The translations under genes and the position numbers were made by a program. Source: Bacteroidales bacterium UBA3754 (GTDB taxonomy: Bacteria > Bacteroidota > Bacteroidia > Bacteroidales > UBA1715). From it: DNA of 64,000 bases. Under the pieces are notes generated by a model. That model was given only the letters and a program-made list of their open reading frames with translations, ran no database searches and was not told where the DNA came from. Positions 19,386 through 26,747 of this stretch are shown in pieces (positions within the stretch are counted from its first letter, which is position 1; each line of letters opens with the position of its first letter). The stretch is taken from assembly GCA_002371705.1 (NCBI GenBank), contig DFGI01000019.1, forward strand, positions 17,181-81,180, given 5' to 3'.

Positions 19386-19712
19386 ATGGATTTATTTGAT
19401 GTAAAAAACAAGTTAAGTGATTTGTTTGGAAATAAACAACATAGACTATCAATTGTTTTCAATAACGATGACAGACTCAATGGCCTTCTTTATATGGTCG
19501 TTTTATTTGAAGACGAACTAGTAATTGTGAAAAATAAAGAAGAAAGAGACGAATTAAATGAATCAAGAAAATCGGATGAATCTAATCGTATTCATTTGAG
19601 TGACGTAAAAGAAATATATGAAATAATAGGCACAGGGAAACTTTTAATTTATTCAAGCGAAAAAGATTTTATCATTTCCAAAGCTGAGTATGATAAAAGT
19701 TTTAAGCATTAA
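19386..19712 (+). CDS. Hypothetical protein (108 aa)
   Basis: The ORF is taken from its first ATG (MDLFDVKNKLSD...), because the track start is a TTG. No recognisable motif, so coding status is moderate. Confidence 0.45.
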   Translation: MDLFDVKNKLSDLFGNKQHRLSIVFNNDDRLNGLLYMVVLFEDELVIVKNKEERDELNESRKSDESNRIHLSDVKEIYEIIGTGKLLIYSSEKDFIISKAEYDKSFKH

Positions 19713-19753
19713 AACAGTAAAATAGAAAATAAGTTCAATATCGCCATTTCCCC

Positions 19754-19768
19754 AACGGAGTGGCGATT
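19754..19768. repeat. Cassette-boundary repeat R1, copy a
   Basis: aacggagtggcgatt is identical to 20607-20621. With the following bases the match is 19 of 22. It lies immediately 3' of the PIN gene stop. Confidence 0.7.
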
Positions 19769-19769
19769 G

Positions 19770-20207
19770 TTATTTGTCTTTATTGAGCAACCTTAAAATA
19801 GCAATCATTTCGGCAGGAGAAACCACCTTTGGTGTTTGAGGAAAATGTTTTTTGTTGCCAGTAATTAAAAAAGAATCTTCCACCGACAAAGTCACTTCGT
19901 AAAAAACAATGTCTTTCTCGTCAATAAAATTTTCAGACGATGTTGTTCGTTCCGTCGAAAGGCCATACGTTTCAAAGAAATGCAACCACTCCATCACCAT
20001 TTCCGGTGAGAAGTTGAATTTCTTTCGAAATAACACCTCTTTGTATTCGGCGAGAATCTCTTTGTTTACTAATGGTTGTAAAATACCTTTTGTTAGGTAA
20101 TCCAAAACCAGAATTGTTGCGGCATCGGTTTTGTGGGAATATAGTGCAGACACGATTACATTTGTGTCTATCACTGCATATATTTTGTCATTTGTCTTCT
20201 CTTGCAA
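19770..20207 (-). CDS. PIN-domain toxin (VapC-like)
   Basis: IYAVIDTNVIVSAL... near the N-terminus carries the PIN acidic residue. About 145 aa. It overlaps the upstream DinJ-family antitoxin gene by 20 nt. The start is a TTG, so the exact start is uncertain. Confidence 0.8.
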   Translation of the reverse strand: MQEKTNDKIYAVIDTNVIVSALYSHKTDAATILVLDYLTKGILQPLVNKEILAEYKEVLFRKKFNFSPEMVMEWLHFFETYGLSTERTTSSENFIDEKDIVFYEVTLSVEDSFLITGNKKHFPQTPKVVSPAEMIAILRLLNKDK

Positions 20208-20478
20208 GTTTGATTTCGTTATTTATATCGTCCAACGTCATGTGTAATCCACTTTTTTGTGCTTCCTCACGAAGTGCTAAAAATGCCTTACGCCCTTGTC
20301 GCAAGACGTCTTGTTCGTTGTCTAATTCAATTTCAAATGGTATTTTTCGTTTCCGAATCACCATTTTTGCGAAAATGTTAATGGCTGTGGTGGTTGACAT
20401 TCCAAATTCAGAACAGAGATAGTCAAAGTTTTTCTTCACCTCGCTATCCATTCTTACCGTAAAAGCTGTTTGTGCCAT
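20188..20478 (-). CDS. RelB/DinJ-family antitoxin
   Basis: MAQTAFTVRMDSEVKKNFDYLCSEFGMSTTTAINIFAKMVIRKRKIPFEI is the ribbon-helix-helix DinJ pattern. Confidence 0.85.
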   Translation of the reverse strand: MAQTAFTVRMDSEVKKNFDYLCSEFGMSTTTAINIFAKMVIRKRKIPFEIELDNEQDVLRQGRKAFLALREEAQKSGLHMTLDDINNEIKLAREDK

Positions 20479-20497
20479 AATTCAATCATTTTGGTTG

Positions 20498-20505
20498 CAA
20501 ATATA
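20498..20505 (-). promoter_or_regulatory. -7 box TATATTTG for the DinJ/PIN operon
   Basis: Reverse complement of caaatata, 19 nt upstream of the ATG at 20478. Confidence 0.55.
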
Positions 20506-20577
20506 CATTAAATAGAACCTAAATGCAATCTTTTAGACAAAAGTATTCACAGCAAGAACTTGATTACTTTTCTTTCT

Positions 20578-20597
20578 ATGTAAACTTTTTAATGAGG
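20578..20597. repeat. Cassette-boundary repeat R2, copy a
   Basis: atgtaaactttttaatgagg matches 21346-21365 at 20 of 20 positions. Confidence 0.9.
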
Positions 20598-20606
20598 TTT
20601 TTTCAA

Positions 20607-20621
20607 AACGGAGTGGCGATT
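20607..20621. repeat. Cassette-boundary repeat R1, copy b
   Basis: aacggagtggcgatt is identical to 19754-19768. It lies immediately 3' of the HigA-like gene stop and 9 bp after R2 copy a. Confidence 0.7.
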
Positions 20622-20625
20622 TTTA

Positions 20626-20955
20626 TTACCAGAGTGCTATTTTGCCAAATTTTCCAAAGTCAATGGTGGCGGTTTTGGCTCCAAGTGCCTTAAAAGCTTT
20701 TTCAATAGTGGCAAACGTCATATTTTTCCCATTTTCAATTCTCGACACTTGAGATTTTCGTATTCCCATACGTTCGCCAAGTTCTTCTTGCGTTAGATTC
20801 TCGCGTTTCCGCGCTGCTTTAATTGCCTCTCCAATGCGATATGCGTGCAGTGCATCCTCTACGTTTTTCTCTAATTCGTCACGTCGTGGCGAACCTGCTT
20901 TGCCGTAAAATTCATCAAGTAAATCTTCAAACGGTGTCAAATTCATCTGTGCCAT
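20626..20955 (-). CDS. XRE-family HTH antitoxin (HigA-like)
   Basis: ...RENLTQEELGERMGIRKSQVSRIENGKNMTFATIEKAFKALG is a classic Cro/C1 HTH. It sits downstream of a RelE/HigB-type toxin gene. Confidence 0.85.
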   Translation of the reverse strand: MAQMNLTPFEDLLDEFYGKAGSPRRDELEKNVEDALHAYRIGEAIKAARKRENLTQEELGERMGIRKSQVSRIENGKNMTFATIEKAFKALGAKTATIDFGKFGKIALW

Positions 20956-20966
20956 ATCGTCAAGTT

Positions 20967-21305
20967 TTATTTATTGTTGAAATATTCGTTTCTAATACTT
21001 TCCGCCTTTCTTATTTCTTTATTCGGCGTTTTTTGCGTTTTTTTTATTATTCCATGCGTTGCGACAATCAGAGATTCTGATTCTGTATCCCAAAATGCAA
21101 ACAAACGGTACGCTATTTTATTATACAATGTGCGAAACTCCCATATTTCAGTGTTTTCAAGTTTTTTAAATATTTCGTTATTCCTTTCACCGCCTTTTAT
21201 TCTACCAATGTTGTATGTAAATTTGTCCCTTGCCTGTTGGGGAATTGTGCGGAGAAATTCTGCCGCTTCATCAGTGAATAAAATGCTAATATTTCCGTTA
21301 ACCAT
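20967..21305 (-). CDS. RelE/ParE-superfamily toxin (HigB / phage Gp49-like)
   Basis: 112 aa. ...IWEFRTLYNKIAYRLFAFWD...LIVATHGIIKKTQKTP is the Gp49/HigB pattern. The toxin-first gene order is typical of higBA. Confidence 0.85.
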   Translation of the reverse strand: MVNGNISILFTDEAAEFLRTIPQQARDKFTYNIGRIKGGERNNEIFKKLENTEIWEFRTLYNKIAYRLFAFWDTESESLIVATHGIIKKTQKTPNKEIRKAESIRNEYFNNK

Positions 21306-21322
21306 ATTTTTATTTTGTAGTA

Positions 21323-21330
21323 CAAAGATA
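21323..21330 (-). promoter_or_regulatory. -7 box TATCTTTG for the HigB/HigA operon
   Basis: Reverse complement of caaagata, 17 nt upstream of the ATG at 21305. Confidence 0.55.
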
Positions 21331-21345
21331 CAAAAGTTTCCAAAA

Positions 21346-21365
21346 ATGTAAACTTTTTAATGAGG
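21346..21365. repeat. Cassette-boundary repeat R2, copy b
   Basis: atgtaaactttttaatgagg matches 20578-20597 at 20 of 20 positions. Confidence 0.9.
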
Positions 21366-21380
21366 ATTTGATGAATGATG

Positions 21381-21655
21381 AAATATGTCTGAGCCTTTCA
21401 GGCTCATTATAATGGAGGCGCAGGAGCCTATTCTACGGCTATGCCGCAGGGAATTTCTGTCCGAGCCATTCGGGCTCTTTCCTCCATCGAATGCTTCTCC
21501 GATTAATAATTTCATGAACAGCCTGAAAGGCTGCGACAAATATACCCCAATGGCATCGCCTTGGGCGCCCCAGGGCAATTCAATAGCAGAATTATGCTCA
21601 TTGCTCCAATTATCTTCCGAGAGAATATGCAGCCAGAATGGCTGCGACAGATATA
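21381..21655. repeat. Cluster of four REP/BIME-like hairpin units (two per orientation) plus a GC palindrome
   Basis: Unit consensus is AGCCnGAAnGGCTnnGACAnAnAT. U1 at 21381-21404 (minus strand): agcctgaaaggctcagacatattt. U2 at 21452-21476 (minus strand): agcccgaatggctcggacagaaatt. U3 at 21520-21544 (plus strand): agcctgaaaggctgcgacaaatata. U4 at 21631-21655 (plus strand): agccagaatggctgcgacagatata. There is also a 10-bp palindrome tgggcgccca at 21563-21572. The only ORFs here are two mutually antisense ones. Confidence 0.75.
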
Positions 21656-21774
21656 GCTTGAATATTGCGACCATCATAGTATGCGATTCTTTGCGACAAA
21701 ATTACAGATTTCTTACGGAAAAGCGGTAGCCATTAAAAATAAATCTGTATTTTCGTGAACAAAATTTTAAGGAT

Positions 21775-22422
21775 ATGAAAAACGGTAATCTAATCGTAAA
21801 CATTATTTTCGGAGCGGCAATTGTTTTGCTGTTCGTGCTGTATGCAAAAAAACCTTCTGCCGAGGCAGTAAAAGAACCTGTTACAACCGAAGTCGATACT
21901 TCGCTCGATGCTCTATTCGCCGACGAAGAAATGGTTGAGGCAAATTTCCCAATTGCATACGTAATTGTTGATTCGGTAATGCATAACTATTTGTATTATC
22001 AGAAGTTAGAGAAACAATACCAAAATTTGGTTTCTTCGGAAGAAGCAAAATTGCAGAAGAAAGCGGAACAATTCCAAAAAGATGTTGAGGATTTTCAATA
22101 TCAAATTGAGAAACGAATCATTACGTCTGCCGACGCTCAGGCAAAAGAGGCGGAACTGGGGCAACGTCAGCAGAATTTGTACGCCGAACAACAGAAAAAA
22201 CAACAGGAATTGGCTGTGAAAGAGCAAAAACTTCTTGACCAGCTGATTGACAGCGTTCACGCCTGCATTAAGTTCTACAATGCCGACGGCAAATACAAAA
22301 TTATTCTGAACAATGCGTACCAAAGCAGTGTGTTGTATGCCGAAGAGCAGTTGAACATCACCAACGACATTCTCAAGGTGATGAATGCACGATACAATGC
22401 GGCAATTCAAAAGAAAAAATAA
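21775..22422 (+). CDS. OmpH/Skp-family periplasmic chaperone
   Basis: An N-terminal hydrophobic anchor/signal followed by a long lysine- and glutamine-rich helical region. The length and composition are typical of Bacteroidota OmpH-family proteins. Confidence 0.7.
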   Translation: MKNGNLIVNIIFGAAIVLLFVLYAKKPSAEAVKEPVTTEVDTSLDALFADEEMVEANFPIAYVIVDSVMHNYLYYQKLEKQYQNLVSSEEAKLQKKAEQFQKDVEDFQYQIEKRIITSADAQAKEAELGQRQQNLYAEQQKKQQELAVKEQKLLDQLIDSVHACIKFYNADGKYKIILNNAYQSSVLYAEEQLNITNDILKVMNARYNAAIQKKK

Positions 22423-22429
22423 TATTCTA

Positions 22430-22457
22430 GTAGAGACGATGTGCACATCGTCTCTAC
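22430..22457. terminator. Perfect 28-bp palindrome / strong hairpin between skp and ubiX
   Basis: gtagagacgatgtg|cacatcgtctctac forms perfect 14+14 arms. It starts 8 nt after the skp stop and ends 9 nt before the ubiX ATG. No U-tract follows, so terminator function is uncertain. Confidence 0.45.
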
Positions 22458-22466
22458 ATTGAAAAA

Positions 22467-23018
22467 ATGAAAATCATCGTCGCTGTCACCGGTGCATCGG
22501 GCTCGTTGTACGCCCAATGTCTGTTCGACAAACTGAATGCCTTGCGTAGTCAGATTGATGAGGTGTGCGTGGTGTTTTCCAAAACGGCAAAAGATGTGTG
22601 GAAACACGAAATGCCTTCTGCTCCAAATATTTACGATTTTACAGAATATGCCGACGCGGATTTCTTTTCGCCGATAGCGTCGGGTTCGGCAAAATACGAC
22701 GCAATGATTGTCTGTCCGTGCAGCGTTGGCACAATGGGACGGATAGCTCACGGAACTGCCGACACGCTCATCACCCGTTCCGCCGACGTTATGCTCAAAG
22801 AGCGACGAAAACTAATTCTCGCCGTCCGCGAAACGCCCTTCAGTTTGATTCATATTAAAAATATGGAGTTGGTTACTCTTGCTGGCGGAATAATTTGCCC
22901 GGCAAATCCGTCGTTTTATTCAAACCCGCAAACCATTCAAGACGTGTGCAATACGGTGATAGACCGCATTATAGATTTGGTTGGTATTGAACATAATGGT
23001 TTTCGTTGGGGAAAATAA
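22467..23018 (+). CDS. ubiX: UbiX-family flavin prenyltransferase
   Basis: MKIIVAVTGASGSLYA... is a flavoprotein fold. The 183-aa length and ...PCSVGTMGRIAHG... are typical of UbiX/Pad1. Confidence 0.9.
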   Translation: MKIIVAVTGASGSLYAQCLFDKLNALRSQIDEVCVVFSKTAKDVWKHEMPSAPNIYDFTEYADADFFSPIASGSAKYDAMIVCPCSVGTMGRIAHGTADTLITRSADVMLKERRKLILAVRETPFSLIHIKNMELVTLAGGIICPANPSFYSNPQTIQDVCNTVIDRIIDLVGIEHNGFRWGK

Positions 23019-23052
23019 ACGACTTTTAATGGTTGCATTCTTTTCTTTTTTC

Positions 23053-23060
23053 TATATTTG
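23053..23060 (+). promoter_or_regulatory. -7 box TATATTTG
   Basis: Lies 23 nt upstream of the ATG at 23084. The track start at 23075 is a TTG inside the leader. Confidence 0.5.
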
Positions 23061-23083
23061 TGTAATTTGAAAATTTGCATCTT

Positions 23084-24799
23084 ATGAGAAAGATTTTATT
23101 ATTTGTCAGTTCCGTTTTGATTAGTTTTGGACTAAATGCGCAAGAAAGTCTAAAATTCAGCGAACTTGCTATACAACTGTCAGTTTCGGATTTTGTGCTG
23201 AAAAACACTGAGACGGGAACTGAAGAAGGTCAATTTTCTGAGGATTTATATACTCAACTGTCGGAAGTAAACATTGCCGCGATTGCTATGCAACAGAATG
23301 CGGAAACTCAGTCCGACATTGATGACATGGTGGGCATTTTAGATAATGCAATCCGTGAATATGCCGCATCAATTGTGTCATCAACCACAAGTGAGTTCGA
23401 TATTGACGCGCTTTCGGATGAAGTGACGGTTGCTACGTGGCTTTTGAGCGCATCGAAAGCGGGAACAAAGCAAGGACAATTTCCGCAGGAGCAATACAAT
23501 GAATTGTATAATATAAAACAGGATGCAAAATCCGCATTGAAATATGCTGAAAGCCAGAGCGAAATAGACGAAAACTACCAAACGCTTGTGGCAGCTGAGG
23601 AATCGTTTAAGGCTTCGGTTTATGAGGAAGATGTGGTGATAGCGCCAACCTACGACAATTCGTTGCTCAGCCAGGCAATCGACAAAGCCACGTTGTTGTT
23701 GGAAAGCACGACCTACGGCACTGAAATCGGTCAGTATTCCGTAACCGAATATATGAATCTCTCGAAAGCGACGGAATCGGCAAAAACGATTCTCGCAAAG
23801 TCAAACAAGCAATCGGAAATCGACAAGGAAGAAGCCGCTCTTACAAAGGCAATCCAAACGTACACCGACACAAAGGTTACGGAAGAAACGTATGTGAAGC
23901 CAGATTCTCCGTACAATGTTGGACAATTGTCGTCGAAAATTGAAACTGCCAATTATTATTTGGACAACACGACATACGGCACAAATGTGGGACAATATCC
24001 TATCGCGCAGTACAAAAACTTGCTTGCCGAAACAGAAAAAGCAAGGGATTTGTTGACTTCGGCACAAAATCAGTCGGAAATTGATGCGCAAACAAGCGCG
24101 CTTGCTCAAGCAATTGACGAATACGTTGAATCGAAGCTAACAGAGTCATTACCACCACAATACGACGAAACATTCGACATCAATGTGATGGTGAACAACG
24201 AAAATTATGGAAAAACATACGGCAGCGGTTCATATTCAAAACGGAATGTCCGTATAATTGCCTCTCCTGCAAGCGGTTATCACTTTGTGAAATGGGAAGA
24301 CGGCAACGAGGATAATCCAAGGGACATTACGGTGACAAAAGACGAAGTGTATATGGCTGTTTTTGAAAAAATCACAGAACCAGTCACTGATTCAACACTT
24401 TACACTATAAATGCGGTGTCTATAGACGACCAGTTGGGACTTGTTCTCGGAAGTTCTAAAAATATTGCCTACGGTACAAAGATTACATTGATAGCGCAGG
24501 TGTCGTTCGATGGTTACCATTTCGCTGGTTGGAGCGATGGAAATACCGAGAATCCACGTCAATTAACCGTTACGGAGGATAAAGTGATTGTGGCTCTGTT
24601 TGAAAATGGTTCTACGGCAATAGAAGATCCTATCGTTGAAAACGACATTCAAATTATTCAGCGACAAATAGTTATGAATGGAGAGGCTCCTGTATACGTA
24701 TATGACATTCTCGGTCGGAAAATTGCAAATAAGAATCTTTCGCAGGGTGTCTATTTGGTGTCGATGAATGGTAAAACCGCACGGGTATTTATTCAATAG
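23084..24799 (+). CDS. T9SS-secreted repeat protein (4 FIVAR-like helical repeats, 2 Listeria-Bacteroides-type repeats, C-terminal sorting domain)
   Basis: Signal peptide MRKILLFVSSVLISFGLNAQ. Four units of about 75 aa each contain GT..GQ(F/Y)....Y..L....(A/K).......QS(E/D)ID....L..AI..Y. Two GYHF(V/A).W.DGN..NPR..TVT.D....A.FE units follow. The C-terminal GVYLVSMNGKTARVFIQ looks like a T9SS type-A tail. Confidence 0.75.
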   Translation: MRKILLFVSSVLISFGLNAQESLKFSELAIQLSVSDFVLKNTETGTEEGQFSEDLYTQLSEVNIAAIAMQQNAETQSDIDDMVGILDNAIREYAASIVSSTTSEFDIDALSDEVTVATWLLSASKAGTKQGQFPQEQYNELYNIKQDAKSALKYAESQSEIDENYQTLVAAEESFKASVYEEDVVIAPTYDNSLLSQAIDKATLLLESTTYGTEIGQYSVTEYMNLSKATESAKTILAKSNKQSEIDKEEAALTKAIQTYTDTKVTEETYVKPDSPYNVGQLSSKIETANYYLDNTTYGTNVGQYPIAQYKNLLAETEKARDLLTSAQNQSEIDAQTSALAQAIDEYVESKLTESLPPQYDETFDINVMVNNENYGKTYGSGSYSKRNVRIIASPASGYHFVKWEDGNEDNPRDITVTKDEVYMAVFEKITEPVTDSTLYTINAVSIDDQLGLVLGSSKNIAYGTKITLIAQVSFDGYHFAGWSDGNTENPRQLTVTEDKVIVALFENGSTAIEDPIVENDIQIIQRQIVMNGEAPVYVYDILGRKIANKNLSQGVYLVSMNGKTARVFIQ

Positions 24800-26585
24800 C
24801 GAAAATATTCATCTCGCATTTGTCGCAGTTGAATTCCACACGGAATCTGTGCGATTTGTCGGATAGTTCCAATGGTTCGGCGTGTCCTTTCCTGCAAGCT
24901 CCCAGTTGGTAACGGATGCAGTATTTTGTGGTCATTAACGGCACATTTTTCCGATGTTCGCATTCAAATGCACGTTGCGTAATCTCCACTCCGTGACGAC
25001 GGAAAAACTCCACAGCTTTCTGGTTTGCCACATTCAGGCGGAAATCCGTTGGCTCCGAGAGCGGAAATTGAACGTTGTTTTTAGACAATGATGTAATGTG
25101 TTGTGACTCAGCATCTACAATGATTTTTGCCCGTAGCTTTTCACACGCATCCCGACGCAAAGAATTTATCTCGGAAATGGGAACGAAAGGTATTGCTTCG
25201 CCTTGACAATCAATTGACTCCAAGTAAAAAATGCTGTCGCCCATTTTCGAAATCTGCGAAAGAAACGTTTCTTTTTGGCGTTGTGGATTTTTCGCACGTT
25301 CCGTAATACCGCGTTCCACTGTTACAGAATGTCCGTTCGAATCGGACAATGTGAGCGAATATGTTTTCTCTAAGAACTTGCACGCCGCTTTGATGGGCAA
25401 TTTCCGAGGATGGTCGCTTTGGCTCAATTTTTTCTGAAATTCTATGTCGAAATTGCGCCAAATCTCCGTTCCTACAGGAATTTGTGCTTGCTTATTTAAA
25501 GTGATGCTTTCCCCGTTTACTGCATTGACTTGAATACCAGAAAGTTCGTTATTTTTATCATAATAACAAAGTCCATCGCCATTGTGCAGAGGAATGGTTG
25601 TGAGGATTTGTAAGCCATTTTTCCCTTGCGATTCTACTTTCCCGATGTATTCTCCCTGTGATTTTGGAGAACGAATATTTGCAATTTTATTTTGTTGGGA
25701 ATCAATGTAATATTCTGTGTAACCTCGAGTAAAGGTTTTATGTATGTCGGGAGTGAAAGTAGGGCTACAAATGCCCGTTGAACTTCGTTGGAAATCAGGA
25801 TGTTTTGTAATAAAATTATCTAATTTTGCACGAAAATACGCCGTCACATTTTCTACATAGTCTTCATCTTTCAACCGACCTTCAATTTTAAAACTTGTGA
25901 TTCCAGCTAAAATCAACTCTTCCAGTTTGTTACCGAGGCTTAAATCCTTTGTGGAAAGAAAATACCCTTCACGAGGTTCACCTAACCCTTGCAATGTGTA
26001 TTTGTGGCGGCACATCTGTGCACATTCGCCACGGTTTCCGCTCCGTCCAATGGCATATTCGCTCATATAGCATTGTCCGCTGTAGCAGACGCATAGTGCG
26101 CCGTGTATGAAAAATTCAAGAGGAACTGTTGTTTGCTGGGCTATTTCGGCTATTTGTTTCAGATTCAATTCCCGTGCGAGAACCACTTGCGAAAAGCCAA
26201 CATGTTCAAGAAAAGCAACCTTCTCGGGCGTGCGGTTGTTGAGCTGCGTGCTTGCATGGATGGGAATAGGAGGCAAGTTGCATTCCAACAAACCCAAATC
26301 TTGAATTATCAGAGCGTCGGTGTGGATGTCATATAATTTATGGGCAAGCTCAACTGCGTTGTCTATCTCGTTGTCGTACAATATGGTATTTAGCGCCACG
26401 TAAACCTTTACATTAAACTGGTGCGCATATTGAATCAATGCCGCAATGTCTTCAAGAGAATTTGCCGCAGCCGCCCGCGCCCCAAAGGCCGGAGCACCGA
26501 TGTACACCGCATCGGCACCGTGGTTTATTGCCGCTATGCCGACTTGCAGATTTTTCGCAGGAGACAGTAATTCAAGATTTCGCAT
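24789..26585 (-). CDS. Peptidase U32-family protein
   Basis: MRNLELLSPAKNLQVGIAAINHGADAVYIGAPAFGARAAA...; the E.F.HGALC..YSG.C motif (EFFIHGALCVCYSGQCYMS) is characteristic of the U32 family. ATG at 26585; the track start is a TTG. Confidence 0.85.
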   Translation of the reverse strand: MRNLELLSPAKNLQVGIAAINHGADAVYIGAPAFGARAAAANSLEDIAALIQYAHQFNVKVYVALNTILYDNEIDNAVELAHKLYDIHTDALIIQDLGLLECNLPPIPIHASTQLNNRTPEKVAFLEHVGFSQVVLARELNLKQIAEIAQQTTVPLEFFIHGALCVCYSGQCYMSEYAIGRSGNRGECAQMCRHKYTLQGLGEPREGYFLSTKDLSLGNKLEELILAGITSFKIEGRLKDEDYVENVTAYFRAKLDNFITKHPDFQRSSTGICSPTFTPDIHKTFTRGYTEYYIDSQQNKIANIRSPKSQGEYIGKVESQGKNGLQILTTIPLHNGDGLCYYDKNNELSGIQVNAVNGESITLNKQAQIPVGTEIWRNFDIEFQKKLSQSDHPRKLPIKAACKFLEKTYSLTLSDSNGHSVTVERGITERAKNPQRQKETFLSQISKMGDSIFYLESIDCQGEAIPFVPISEINSLRRDACEKLRAKIIVDAESQHITSLSKNNVQFPLSEPTDFRLNVANQKAVEFFRRHGVEITQRAFECEHRKNVPLMTTKYCIRYQLGACRKGHAEPLELSDKSHRFRVEFNCDKCEMNIFAIE

Positions 26586-26664
26586 ACTATTTGCTTTATC
26601 CAAGCAAATGTACGGAATTTAGTTTTTTACAACCAAACGGAAATTCTAAAATTAGGGGATTTTG

Positions 26665-26736
26665 TAGCGAATCCGGGATTCGAACCCGAATATCCACCGT
26701 GAGAGGGTGGTGTCCTAGCCATTAGACGAATTCGCC
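26665..26736 (-). tRNA. tRNA-Glu (anticodon CTC)
   Basis: The reverse complement GGCGAATTCGTCTAATGGCTAGGACACCACCCTCTCACGGTGGATATTCGGGTTCGAATCCCGGATTCGCTA folds by hand into a cloverleaf. Anticodon stem CCACC/GGTGG with loop CT-CTC-AC, and T-loop TTCGAAT. The D-arm TCGTCTA..GG.TAGGACAC is typical of tRNA-Glu. CCA is not encoded. Confidence 0.9.
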
Positions 26737-26747
26737 ATAACACGATG

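Noticed and set aside
21357-21729. Two long ORFs in the track (21357-21677 minus, 106 aa; 21385-21729 plus, 114 aa).
   Set aside because: They are antisense to each other across the same DNA. Their peptides repeat SQPF(W/R)L and SEPF(R/G)L because they read through the four hairpin units. There is no promoter box or plausible start context. I treat the region as a non-coding REP-like cluster.
26438-26725. ORFs overlapping the tRNA genes (26438-26725 plus; 34489-34728 and 34569-34868 minus).
   Set aside because: They run straight through well-formed tRNA-Glu and tRNA-Pro cloverleaves or the 3' end of neighbouring genes, so I consider them spurious.
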